NCBI GenBank assembly: GCA_965262715.1
Contig: OZ253553.1
Coordinates: 768,001 to 832,000 of the forward strand
Direction: 5' to 3'
DNA: 64,000 nt
DNA from: Bdellovibrionales bacterium
Lineage (GTDB): Bacteria; Bdellovibrionota; Bdellovibrionia; Bdellovibrionales; JAUICD01
The notes below the pieces were generated by a model. The model ran no database searches. It was not told the DNA's origin and worked only from the letters and a program-made list of their open reading frames with translations. The position numbers and the translations under genes were made by a program. Position 1 is the first letter of the stretch. Every line of letters begins with the position of its first letter. Positions 41,394-51,340 of the stretch are shown in pieces.

Positions 41394-44300
41394 GTGAATA
41401 TGGGAAAAATTGATCCAAAGTCGACAGGAGGAGAAGGCTTCGATTTTGAAGACAAGATTGGTGCATATTTCTTATCTTTTCTCTTAGTAGGCAAAAACCC
41501 ATTCTCCTTATTGTCCTTGGGGCGATTTACAACTATAAAATTTCAGAGGAAAGTAGATGGTTGGGAGTTTGACGACATTATCCTTGAGTTCGATTCAGGT
41601 AACCTAGAAAAGAAAATTGCGTTTTCCGTGAAAAGCAATTCTCAAATCACAGCCAATAAGTTTCCACCTGATCTCGTGGAATCAATCTGGAAGCAGTTTT
41701 GTAAGACAGAGGGAAATCCTTTTAGGTCCAAACATGACTACTTGGGGCTTGTAACTTCAGGTACATCCACCGCGGCGATTGAATCATATCGCAAGCTTCG
41801 CAACTTTGCCTCAAACCACAAAGGAATGGATATGGAAATACATATCAAACAGCCAGAATTTACAAGTCAACAGGTTCGAAACCTGTTCGATAGTTTTGTA
41901 AAACCATCAGTAGTAGACTGCAACCAAAACATACAACGAGCCGAGATTATTGAACGATTAATTCACTTTGACGTAAATCTTGATGATCCAACGTCCCCTT
42001 ATTTGCAAAATGCATTTGGCAATTTAGCTTCGGCACTAGTCAGTGGTGAAGCGAACAACCTTTGGGTAAAACTTCAGCACATGGTAAAGACATCTCGTAC
42101 AGTTTCCGGTGAGATTACCTTTTCTATTCTTATTAAAGAACTAAATAATTCATTCAAAATTAAAGGCCACTACGATTTAGATTCCGATTTAGAAAAGCTT
42201 AAAGAGTTTCAAGAAACTGAAATTGGAAAGATAAAGTCTACAATTGGAAGTAGCTTTTCAGTTGAAAGAAAAATGGATTTTTCTGAACAGTTTAAAAAAG
42301 AACAAGTCAATGCCCTCATAGGAGAATCGGGAATTGGAAAATCTGTTCTCCTCAAACAATGGGTTTGTAAAGCTGGGAAACCCGTCATTTGGTTGCCGTA
42401 TTCAATCTTCAATGCCAGAACACTTGTCGAAGTTAATACTTTGTTAGGGATAAAGAATAATTTGTTTGACATCCTTCAATACGGCCCTAGTGAACAGATT
42501 ATTATAATTGATGCCGTTGATAGACTTACAAGTACGGAAAATCGCGAATTACTAAAGTCCTTCCTAGTAAAGTTCCAAAAAATTTCAAGAAATCGCCACC
42601 TCTGTATTATTAGCTCACAAGACCAGATTTGGAGTACACTAGTTGGAAACCTCTCAACACAGGAATTGCTTTTCAATGTAATTTCAGCACCAATGTTTGA
42701 GGAAGATGAACTAAGGATAGTTGAAAATAGATTCCCCAATCTCACAGGCATACTTAAAGAAAGGTCAACAAGAGAGATACTAAAAAATCTGAAATATCTC
42801 GATATTGCAATTCAAATGGCAGAGCGATCTTCACTCGATACTAGTAGATCCATTAGTGAACCTGTACTAATACGTGGATTTTGGAGTTTGCTCAGCGATG
42901 GCGGAGCCAACCAAAAGCAAGTTCTCCTAACAAAGTTGGCCATTGATCAAGCTGATAAGAATGACTTCCTTTCACCTTTTAAAGATTTATCTACTCCTGA
43001 ATCTCAGTTAGTGGACATTTTGGTACGAGAAGGGATTCTTAAAATCCAAGATGGTTACATACGATTCTCACACGATCTATATGGCGATTGGATACGACAA
43101 AGATTTTTACTCTCCCAGAGAACCAAAACAATTCATGAGATTCTTAAACGGAAAAATAACGTTTACTGGCAACAATCAATAAGACTTACGTCATTAGAGA
43201 TTCTAGAGTCAGATGGGTTCGATAGTTGGAAAAAAGAAATAGAGTCATTAAATGAAAGGGGAGATGATGTTCTAGTTGACCTATTTCTTGATATTGCTAT
43301 TACTCCTCTTAATCAAAGATTTATCCTAAAAACTATTAAGGAGTTACTTTTTTCTGACAACTTTAAGGTATTGGATCGATTTCTCAAACGATTTCTTGCG
43401 TATGCTACAGTTCCCAATCCTCAAATTATGAGTATGAGAGAAGAGTTTGAGCTGGATGAACTGACGGCAGCCCAAGTCGATCGAGTCCCTTTGTATACCT
43501 ATTGGCCAAATCTCTTGCAATTTTTGGCAGAAAATTTTGAGAATACAATTAGAGGCAGAGTTCAAATGTCTCAAATCGCTGAGAAATGGTTAAAATTTAC
43601 TCCCAAAGACTTCCCATTTCGTAAAGAGGCCGCAAAAATAGCACTTAATTGTACAAAATGGATTTTTGAGTTTAAAAGAACACCTTATAGCTACCTCGAA
43701 GACGACGCAAACAAGAAGTGCTACCAAGCACTATTGGCTGCATACCCCGAATTACCTAACGAAATAGAAGATCTTTGCCTCAAACTTATTGGCTTGCGTG
43801 AGGATGGTATTGAACGTCCTCCACTGACAGTAATTCCATCAAATTCAAAAGTTTCTCCGCCAATTAATACATTTTCGATCACTCGTAGAAGAATAGAGAA
43901 AAAAGTTCTTCCTAATGGTCCTCAATTTAAGAAAGATCGTGAATTTAGGGATGTATGTCTGGAAGGGCAACCTCTTTGTTATCTAATACAATTTAATCCG
44001 TCGTTAGCGTCTCAAGTTTTGCTTGCTTCAATAATTGATGCTCCCCAAGAATATGAGGATTTATATGATGACGGGCAAATGGATAAACAATTAGGAACAG
44101 ATTATACTCAGGAGTTCTATCCACCGCTTTATTCAAAAGGTCCTTTCATATATTTTTTTAAAACTGCACCTCAACAGGCTCTTGACGCCTTGATTTCCCT
44201 GATTTCACTTGTAACCGACCAATGGGCAGAGAGGGAAAAGAAGAGAGGAAATAACGTATTTGGATTCGAGATCGAAATCAACGGAAATAAAAAATTTTGG

Positions 44301-46619
44301 AGAGGAGATGCACAGGTATTTTTATGGGCCATGGATACGACACATTGTCCTAATGTAGTTGTAGCCTTTCTAATGGCTTTAGAAAAATGGTTTTATGAAA
44401 AGATTGACGCAAAAGAAAATATCGATTCTTGGATTGATCAAATTGTAGAAAAAAGTGATTCACTGGCATTACTTGGCATCTTGGTCTCTATCGCTAAGTA
44501 TAGTCCAAAACTATTTCTGGAAAAGCTTCAATTTTTATCAGTGCTTCCCTATGTAATATGGTGGGACCAACAGTTTTTGTCTCAGAATCGCTTATCAAAT
44601 GTTTATATGATTTCATGGTCTCTACAAGATCGTTTTATGACCAATTTGGCCGTAAAGTGGTTTGAGATGGTACATCGAAAAATCTCTCTCGAACAGTGGG
44701 CAATATATTTACTTTTAAATATTCCCAAAATGCAAAATTTTTTCGCAACTGCAAGGTTTAGTTGGGAAAAAAAATTACAGAAACAACCTAATCGACAACT
44801 AGAGGCACTCTTATGTAAGTTCAACCCGGACAACTATAAAGTTGGCCAACTACCGGATGGCACTCAAGTATGGAACTATACTGTTCCTTCATATCTTCTA
44901 GAGAAACACAAGAAAAGATTTGAAGAGGATGATGCTCAGATGAACATGTTTATGTTCCCAATGAATGTGGAAAAGCTTCTTGATGCCGATTCATTTTCAA
45001 GAGATGAGTTTGCAGTGTTAGTATCAACTATGGAGAATATTAATAATACAGTCAAAAATAAATCCAATGATCCAATATTAGCAACTCCAAAGGATTGTAA
45101 TCTTGCAATAGATGGACTAACGCTTATTGCTGTGAAAAGAAAAGTTATCTCGGTCGATGCTACAACCTTGAGTACAGCAAAGGAAAAGATCGAAAGGGCA
45201 TTAGAAAACCTTTGGAACGATCATGGAGTTACAGGTTACCCTTTTTCAGACCAGAAATATGATATAATTCTGGCAAAAGTAATTGGTCAATTAGCTGAAG
45301 GAAATGAAGAAGATATTTGGATAAGAACACAAGTAGCACGTTTGGTTTGTGGCCCACGGGCAAACTCGATAGCTGCTCTTATTAAGAGTGCAGTATCAGC
45401 CAAAGTTGAACATGCATTTCTCTTAGAGGTTATGGCACTTTTTTTTGAATATTCAAAAATTTGCACTGCTTGGCATAATGTTGATTGTGCTGAAAAGTAT
45501 CCTTATACCAACCAAAAATCGAATTTTATTAAAGCCTTCCTTTGCCGGAATAGTTTTCTCAGAACTAAAGTGTTTCGTGCTTACACACTTGAAGATAGAA
45601 GAAGCTTATTTAGAAATGAAGTTTTTCTTCTTGTTAAAAAGTTTATCAATGACAATTCTATTAAGGCATGGCCAGACTTGGGTTTTAACCCTTATGATTA
45701 CGAATTTACACATGGGCTTAAACTACCTAGAATTAAGAGAGATGTAATTCATCTAGAAGATTTCACTCAAGCTGCTTCATATCTTCCTCCAATAGAGCAG
45801 TGGGATGGTAACTTGTTAGCAGGATGGATTAACTTTTGCACTTCTAGCATGGACCAAATCTCTAGAAGGCTTTCAAAATCAATTGAAGAGTACGGAGATG
45901 TCAAGGATACGCCATATGAGCAGGATAGATGGATAATCAATGAGTTTGCTACTACCTATTATTGGCATGATGACGCAAGACTTGATCAGTCCTTGAGGAC
46001 ATTCTTTGAAGTTGGTGCAGATGGACATTACTGGATTGATGGTTTCGGCAGAAAGTTTTTCATATTAGGTCTTAAAAACACTAATCGCTGGGAAGAACTA
46101 AAATTCAAAATGCAGAAGATATTTGATCTTGCCCTTTCCGTAAAACAGCTACAATCTTCTCGAAGGTCATGGGATGCTGACAAAATTTGGTGTTCCTTGG
46201 TAGGATTGGATGGCTTCACCATTCAATATTTGCCAGACGACTCAAAGCCCTTAATAACAGATATCTTACCTCTTTATAAACGCCTAATTGAAACTCGAAG
46301 TGGCTCCAACGAGTGCCTTAGTCGATTTATCGCTTTATTGTGCAAAGGAGCTGCCGTGAATATTCGCTTAAAAGGACTTGCGATTGTAGCATCCGAACTC
46401 AAAGGGATTGATTATACCGACTACTGGCAAAAACGTTATATTTCAACATATTCATGCTTTTTAACTACTCTCTGGCACGAAAACCAAAATGAGTTGCGAA
46501 GTGATGAGATCGCCTTGGTTAACTTTCAGCAGATTCTCAACGGGTTAATTTCAGTTCAAGATCCTACAGCACTCGAGTTAGCGTCTCAGATCAACTCCTC
46601 GCGACTATCATCGGAATAA
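41394..46619 (+). CDS. Large nuclease-STAND/NACHT-like ATPase, candidate Avs-type antiphage protein
   Basis: N-terminal STGGEGFDFE...FDD...SVK nuclease-like region; Walker A GESGIGKS; Walker B IIIIDAVD; FSHDLYGDW; long C-terminal region. Confidence 0.7.
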   Translation: MNMGKIDPKSTGGEGFDFEDKIGAYFLSFLLVGKNPFSLLSLGRFTTIKFQRKVDGWEFDDIILEFDSGNLEKKIAFSVKSNSQITANKFPPDLVESIWKQFCKTEGNPFRSKHDYLGLVTSGTSTAAIESYRKLRNFASNHKGMDMEIHIKQPEFTSQQVRNLFDSFVKPSVVDCNQNIQRAEIIERLIHFDVNLDDPTSPYLQNAFGNLASALVSGEANNLWVKLQHMVKTSRTVSGEITFSILIKELNNSFKIKGHYDLDSDLEKLKEFQETEIGKIKSTIGSSFSVERKMDFSEQFKKEQVNALIGESGIGKSVLLKQWVCKAGKPVIWLPYSIFNARTLVEVNTLLGIKNNLFDILQYGPSEQIIIIDAVDRLTSTENRELLKSFLVKFQKISRNRHLCIISSQDQIWSTLVGNLSTQELLFNVISAPMFEEDELRIVENRFPNLTGILKERSTREILKNLKYLDIAIQMAERSSLDTSRSISEPVLIRGFWSLLSDGGANQKQVLLTKLAIDQADKNDFLSPFKDLSTPESQLVDILVREGILKIQDGYIRFSHDLYGDWIRQRFLLSQRTKTIHEILKRKNNVYWQQSIRLTSLEILESDGFDSWKKEIESLNERGDDVLVDLFLDIAITPLNQRFILKTIKELLFSDNFKVLDRFLKRFLAYATVPNPQIMSMREEFELDELTAAQVDRVPLYTYWPNLLQFLAENFENTIRGRVQMSQIAEKWLKFTPKDFPFRKEAAKIALNCTKWIFEFKRTPYSYLEDDANKKCYQALLAAYPELPNEIEDLCLKLIGLREDGIERPPLTVIPSNSKVSPPINTFSITRRRIEKKVLPNGPQFKKDREFRDVCLEGQPLCYLIQFNPSLASQVLLASIIDAPQEYEDLYDDGQMDKQLGTDYTQEFYPPLYSKGPFIYFFKTAPQQALDALISLISLVTDQWAEREKKRGNNVFGFEIEINGNKKFWRGDAQVFLWAMDTTHCPNVVVAFLMALEKWFYEKIDAKENIDSWIDQIVEKSDSLALLGILVSIAKYSPKLFLEKLQFLSVLPYVIWWDQQFLSQNRLSNVYMISWSLQDRFMTNLAVKWFEMVHRKISLEQWAIYLLLNIPKMQNFFATARFSWEKKLQKQPNRQLEALLCKFNPDNYKVGQLPDGTQVWNYTVPSYLLEKHKKRFEEDDAQMNMFMFPMNVEKLLDADSFSRDEFAVLVSTMENINNTVKNKSNDPILATPKDCNLAIDGLTLIAVKRKVISVDATTLSTAKEKIERALENLWNDHGVTGYPFSDQKYDIILAKVIGQLAEGNEEDIWIRTQVARLVCGPRANSIAALIKSAVSAKVEHAFLLEVMALFFEYSKICTAWHNVDCAEKYPYTNQKSNFIKAFLCRNSFLRTKVFRAYTLEDRRSLFRNEVFLLVKKFINDNSIKAWPDLGFNPYDYEFTHGLKLPRIKRDVIHLEDFTQAASYLPPIEQWDGNLLAGWINFCTSSMDQISRRLSKSIEEYGDVKDTPYEQDRWIINEFATTYYWHDDARLDQSLRTFFEVGADGHYWIDGFGRKFFILGLKNTNRWEELKFKMQKIFDLALSVKQLQSSRRSWDADKIWCSLVGLDGFTIQYLPDDSKPLITDILPLYKRLIETRSGSNECLSRFIALLCKGAAVNIRLKGLAIVASELKGIDYTDYWQKRYISTYSCFLTTLWHENQNELRSDEIALVNFQQILNGLISVQDPTALELASQINSSRLSSE

Positions 46620-47008
46620 TTTACGAATAGAGAATTATTTTAAATTTGAAAAGTTTTTGTCTTTTTTTCTCATTTATGGCTATTCCATTACTATCTTTTT
46701 TCCATTGAATTATATCAATCATTTTTGTCCTCCTGAACGTGGAGCGTATCCCATTTTTACTGTTTTGACAGCTATCCAAAACTTTAGAATATTGTTTGTT
46801 CATCTATTTGAGATAGTTAGTAGAAAGAGGTAAATAATTAGAGCTACACCCATCCTTGCTTTTCAAACTCTTCATAATAAGGTTTCATATATCTATCATA
46901 AATATTTTTTAAAAATGGATTACTTTTATATTTAGTATCTAAAGTGGATTCTTTAAATATCTTCAATAGATAATCTTTAAAAATGAAACATTTTTCAAAT
47001 GGTGATTT

Positions 47009-47050
47009 TGGTCTGTACCCATAAACTGGAGAGTTAAGTGATAAAATAAC
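47009..47050 (+). mobile_element. Isolated left end of the second IS3 copy
   Basis: TGGTCTGTACCCATAAACTGGAGAGTTAAGTGATAAAATAAC, nearly identical to 38303-38345. Confidence 0.85.
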
Positions 47051-47094
47051 TTTCATCAATTTCAATTTCTCCTTTTGAAAAAACACTCTCTTTT

Positions 47095-47277
47095 TCACAA
47101 AACGCAGCTATTCTTAATCTTATTTTTTTTTAAGATGCGATTGATAGTATTGATGTTTAATTTTGTAAGATGAGCTATTTGTATAGCAGTTAAATCTACT
47201 GAAAAATAACGAATAATTTCTCTAAATTTCTTCTCAGAAATTCGAGAACGAACAAAATACTTGTTTTTCATAGTCAT
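47095..47277 (-). pseudogene. IS1595-family transposase N-terminal fragment
   Basis: KNKY..RSRISEKKFREIIRYFSVDLTA.QIA.LT.LN.NTINR; truncated and frameshifted. Confidence 0.7.
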
Positions 47278-47566
47278 AACAATAAGTTAAACCCTCTGAA
47301 AGTCAACTTAAGTAGTTATGAACCAAAAAATAAATCAAAAGATGAATGCTTACGCCTCGCATTAAAAGTAATATTTATCTTGAACTAAAAGTTAAAAGAT
47401 AGTATAAGTGACTCTTCTTAAAAAGAGTGAAAGATAATTATAAGGGAGGGGTCAAATATAAGTTTAGGAGGTAATTAAAATGAGTAAAGAAGATAAAAAA
47501 GCCATTTTAATAGGTGTAGGCATAGGTATCGGAATAGGTGTAGTTGCTGTTGCTACGGCCCCGGCT
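47255..47566. repeat. 312-bp direct repeat, left copy (IS1634 target duplication)
   Basis: Matches 49523-49834, AAATACTTG...CCGGCT; ends exactly at the IS1634 IR. Confidence 0.92.
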
Positions 47567-49522
47567 CCTGAGTTTGACAGTTGCGAAAATAAAGTTAAGT
47601 TATTTTAGTTAGTTACAGTGGATGTGTGATTTTGTACCACTACATTTTGATTTTGTGGTAGAGATTTAAGAGATTGTTTGTAGGTCTAAGTAGATTCTAC
47701 TTTAAGTTGTTTTGATGGGATCTTTGCTCCTATAGCTTTAAATACATCAGCATTGTTACCGTTAATATCTGTTCTGATCCAAAGTGTCTTATCCTTTATC
47801 CTCACAGGTATAGCTCGTACTTCTTTCAGCTTTGACATAGCTTCTGCCACACTCAATGGCCTTGACTTTATTCTCTTGTCTGTAATTGCTTTATCTTTTA
47901 ATGTGATGTTTCTCTGATGTAACTTCTTTGAAAAATAAGCCTCACATAAGTAAGATAAAAAACACACAACTAAATGTCCTAAGATCCTCTTATCTGTCCA
48001 GTGGAACATAGGACGTGTCTTTAATGTACCTTTCAATTCTCTAAATGAATTCTCTACCTTCCATAATTGCTTATAGTTCGTTATAATCTCTTCAGAACTT
48101 AAACTATCTGTATTTGTAATGATTCCAAAAAAACCATCTGTCCTCTCTGATTGTTCTATGGCTGACTTATTTAAAGTAGGCTTGCCTTTACTCTTAGGAT
48201 GAATAATATACTTCTTATAATTGCTATTAGATACAAAATCCTTTGTGCTTGATGACGATTTTGAAAGCTTATCTTCTAACTTAGATAGAATATCTTCTCT
48301 TACTTTCTTATCTCGTTCTGCTCTCTTTCTTGACCAGGTAATTATACAACGATTATCATTATAACTCGTCTCGTATATAGCTAAATTTTCATTTATAAAT
48401 TTAAAATTCTTTAAATTGTATATCTCTGCATGACGATCCTTTAATAAACCTAGCTTTAATCCTACTATAAATTCATCTCCCTTTGCTTTTACAGATTGTA
48501 AATTCTCATTAGAAAATAAACCTCTATCTCCTACTAATATAAATCTTCTGATCTTAAACTTCTTTTTTAGTTTCTCCATAACTGAAGGTATGGTTTTACC
48601 TTCAAAGGTATTTCCAGGATAAACATCAAAGCCTAAGGGCATACCTTCTCTATCTACTAAAAGTCCAAATACCACCTGGGTACAATCACTCCTCTTCTCT
48701 TTGCTATAACCAAATCTTCGAAGATTATCTAAATCCTCTCGGGTACTCTCAAATCTCAATGTCGTTAAATCATACAAAATAACATCACACTCATTGAAAA
48801 AACTTAACTGAGACTTACCTTGTGTATAAAGAGTCTTCTCTATATCTTCCTTATGCTTACTTAGAATATCTAAAGAACGATAAATGTCTTGAAGATGAAG
48901 CTCCTCTTCTAAAAAATCAGGGTAAAATAACTTCTGCCAGTGTGAAAATACTTTAAGCTTAGAACATGGCTCTACAAAACGGCTTATAACCAATGTAAAA
49001 ATAATCTTAACAAAATCAAATTGTACTTTAGGGTGCTTTTGTTTTAAATCTGTTAATAATTCATAGAGATTTAATTGTTTGAAAATAGCATCTATTATAA
49101 GTAAGGGACCTAATATAAAAGTGTCTTTAACATCAATCTCTTTTAATAACTTACTAGCAGGAATTATCTCTAACTCTTTAGATAATACTTCTAGAAGCTT
49201 CTTCAAGTTAACTTCCTTATCCGCGGCTTTACCTAAAGACATTAGAATCCTTTGCTTCACTTGAGAACCTAATCTGTAGCTCTCAACAAGATGATAATAT
49301 ATGTCTCCTCTCGGATTTCTTGTAGACCTTATGAACATAAAAATACATTACAAGAAAAATATAAAAAATAAAAGAAAATAAGGTATATGACGCGTAGTTT
49401 ATGATAAATAAGTACACTACACTTTTTGACCAAAATACAAACACAATAACCGCTAATGACTATAAATACAACATTCCTTGAAAAAAATATCACGAAAATT
49501 CAAATTAAGTGTCAAACTCAGG
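47567..49522 (-). mobile_element. IS1634-family insertion sequence
   Basis: 13-bp perfect IRs CCTGAGTTTGACA (47567-47579) and TGTCAAACTCAGG (49510-49522). Confidence 0.92.
47686..49338 (-). CDS. IS1634-family transposase
   Basis: LVESYR..VKQR, YDLTTLRFE, FGYSKEKRSD, VGDRG, YKQLWKVENSFRELK..L.TRPMFHW. Confidence 0.93.
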   Translation of the reverse strand: MFIRSTRNPRGDIYYHLVESYRLGSQVKQRILMSLGKAADKEVNLKKLLEVLSKELEIIPASKLLKEIDVKDTFILGPLLIIDAIFKQLNLYELLTDLKQKHPKVQFDFVKIIFTLVISRFVEPCSKLKVFSHWQKLFYPDFLEEELHLQDIYRSLDILSKHKEDIEKTLYTQGKSQLSFFNECDVILYDLTTLRFESTREDLDNLRRFGYSKEKRSDCTQVVFGLLVDREGMPLGFDVYPGNTFEGKTIPSVMEKLKKKFKIRRFILVGDRGLFSNENLQSVKAKGDEFIVGLKLGLLKDRHAEIYNLKNFKFINENLAIYETSYNDNRCIITWSRKRAERDKKVREDILSKLEDKLSKSSSSTKDFVSNSNYKKYIIHPKSKGKPTLNKSAIEQSERTDGFFGIITNTDSLSSEEIITNYKQLWKVENSFRELKGTLKTRPMFHWTDKRILGHLVVCFLSYLCEAYFSKKLHQRNITLKDKAITDKRIKSRPLSVAEAMSKLKEVRAIPVRIKDKTLWIRTDINGNNADVFKAIGAKIPSKQLKVEST

Positions 49523-49834
49523 AAATACTTGTTTTTCATAGTCATAACAATAAGTTAAACCCTCTGAAAGTCAACTTAAGTAGTTATGAACCAAAAAATA
49601 AATCAAAAGATGAATGCTTACGCCTCGCATTAAAAGTAATATTTATCTTGAACTAAAAGTTAAAAGATAGTATAAGTGACTCTTCTTAAAAAGAGTGAAA
49701 GATAATTATAAGGGAGGGGTCAAATATAAGTTTAGGAGGTAATTAAAATGAGTAAAGAAGATAAAAAAGCCATTTTAATAGGTGTAGGCATAGGTATCGG
49801 AATAGGTGTAGTTGCTGTTGCTACGGCCCCGGCT
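49523..49834. repeat. 312-bp direct repeat, right copy
   Basis: Starts exactly after the IS1634 IR; matches 47255-47566. Confidence 0.92.
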
Positions 49835-49927
49835 TGGTTACCTGCTGCACAAGCGCATGCTTTGCAAGCTGCTGCTGTAGAAAGTGCAAAATATTTATTA
49901 GCAAGTAGTGTCGTTAGTGCTGTTTAA
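49748..49927 (+). CDS. Small hydrophobic Gly/Ala-rich peptide (59 aa)
   Basis: AGGAGG RBS; MSKEDKKAILIGVGIGIGIGVVAVATAPAWLPAAQAHALQAAAVESAKYLLASSVVSAV; truncated duplicate at 47480-47608. Confidence 0.55.
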   Translation: MSKEDKKAILIGVGIGIGIGVVAVATAPAWLPAAQAHALQAAAVESAKYLLASSVVSAV

Positions 49928-49960
49928 AAAAAGACTTTACATTTTGTGTTTTTAATATTG

Positions 49961-50212
49961 TGAAATCTTTCTTTAGCTCTCTAAAACGAGAAGAGGTTCA
50001 TCTGTGTGAATATAAATCTTTTGAAGATGTATTAAAAAGTATTCCAAAGTTTATTGAAGGAATGTATAACAAAAAAAGGCGACATTCTTCATTAGGTTAC
50101 TTATCACCTAATGAGTTTGAAGCTAAATGGAAAACAGGAGAATTAACAACAATGGGAATCTCAGCAGTGAGTAAATTATGGAACGGATCCTCCAAATAAA
50201 GGGTACACCTCA
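49961..50212 (+). mobile_element. 3' remnant of the second IS3 copy (OrfB C-terminus and right IR)
   Basis: SFFSSLKREEVHLCEY...WNGSSK, near-identical to about 39372-39619; ends GGGTACACCTCA. Confidence 0.92.
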
Positions 50213-50254
50213 TGAAGTTATAATGACCAATGATATCTAATATAGCTTGAACTG

Positions 50255-50401
50255 GTTTCACTCAAAATAAACCAACCTCTGGTTGCTTTCTGGCAATGAT
50301 CCTGACGGCTAATGCCCTCAGCAAATAGATCATTGCCTAGAAAATCTGTTTATTTTGAGTAAGAAGATACTCTTCATTTTTTAATACCATGTTAGGGAAA
50401 C
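50255..50401. repeat. Family B structured repeat overlapping the 3' end of the four-helix-bundle gene
   Basis: ACTCAAAATAAAC/GTTTATTTTGAGT and GGCAATGATC/GATCATTGCC stems; tail ...CATGTTAGGGAAAC. Confidence 0.8.
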
Positions 50402-50615
50402 TATTTAAGTTATATCTAAGTGACCCAAGACTAATCCTATAGAACTTTCTGCGTTCTTTAGCAGTTGGTTTAGCACTGCCTTCAGCTAAGTTAAGCACAA
50501 TACTTAGAGAAGCCCTATGGAACTGGTTTTTAAGGGGTTCTCTTAGATTTAACTTTCTAGAGTTACGATAAAAATTAATAGCTAACTGATAAGTTTTGAA
50601 TTTTTGCATCGTCAT
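50337..50615 (-). pseudogene. Four-helix-bundle protein (23S rRNA IVP/Avd-like), C-terminally truncated
   Basis: FKTYQLA, LKNQFHRASLSIVLNLAEGS, ERRKFYRISLGSLR; similarity stops there and the rest is read mostly from the B repeat; ATG at 50615 after AGGAGG. Confidence 0.8.
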
Positions 50616-50690
50616 AAAAATTTCCTCCTTTATAAAACCCGCCAGGGCTTGGGAGGAAATTTTTAAGGTGCAATAATTCAAATTATGGGT

Positions 50691-51130
50691 GCCGGACATT
50701 TTGATTCCGGGTACTGTTTGCCCGATTGCCAGATCCCGGAATAAAGAGGGTTTAAAGTGTCATGAACCTTAATATTTATACAATAATGCTAATGGATTTT
50801 ATAACTTTTGAGGGCTTTGTTGCACAAATATCAATTTTACTTTGTGTGCTAGAGATTTATATGCCTCCTTAAATCTTTCTAAAACAAAGCCATTTTTGAT
50901 GATAAAAACTTTTAAACTGTTTCATATTGATCCTGGATTCTGACAAACAGGCAATCGGACAACGGTTCCCGGGATCAGCTTGCCGGAATGCTTGACTCCC
51001 AGACCGTCAGAAGGGTGCATTTATATATATATATTGAGACATAGATAACAGTTTAAGATGATGCCTGATACTGATGCCAGTTTGCCCGACTGCCAGATCT
51101 CGGAATAATATGTACTGTACATTTTGAGAC
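50691..51130. repeat. Cluster of family C CCGG-rich repeats
   Basis: TTTGCCCGATTGCCAGATCCCGGAATA (~50717), TTTGCCCGACTGCCAGATCTCGGAATA (~51081), ATATTGAGACATAGATAACA (~51031). Confidence 0.65.
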
Positions 51131-51187
51131 ATTTTAATATCGAGTATTTAACCTATATTCTCTTTAAAGAAAGCTATAGATAAAGTT

Positions 51188-51215
51188 TAACTTTATCCCT
51201 CGAAATAACCGATAA
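51188..51215 (+). promoter_or_regulatory. Possible sigma-28 (FliA)-type promoter upstream of the Tad genes
   Basis: TAACTTTA-N12-ACCGATAA versus consensus TAAAGTTT-N11-GCCGATAA. Confidence 0.35.
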
Positions 51216-51340
51216 ATTAAGTACATTCATAATGTTTGTTCATATTAGATTAAACTATTTTTTGTTTAAGCGATGTGAACTGATTTTTTGATGTAAAATA
51301 TATGAATACTTATGAATTTAAATAAAGAGGAGTGTGATAT

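Larger units (their letters stand above)
38303..50212. mobile_element. Putative composite transposon bounded by two directly repeated IS3 copies
   Basis: TGA immediately precedes the left end (38300-38302) and follows the distal right end (50213-50215), but not the inner ends. Confidence 0.7.

Noticed and set aside
46621..47098. Short minus-strand ORFs (46621-46803, 46844-47098)
   Set aside because: One crosses the IS3 left-end fragment and neither has recognisable motifs; possibly gene debris
49456..49656. 66-aa ORF
   Set aside because: Spans the IS1634 end and the duplicated target; a chance frame
50337..50615. Diversity-generating retroelement, suggested by an Avd-like four-helix bundle near pilin genes
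   Set aside because: No reverse transcriptase and no template/variable repeat pair with adenine-specific mismatches seen; the gene is truncated
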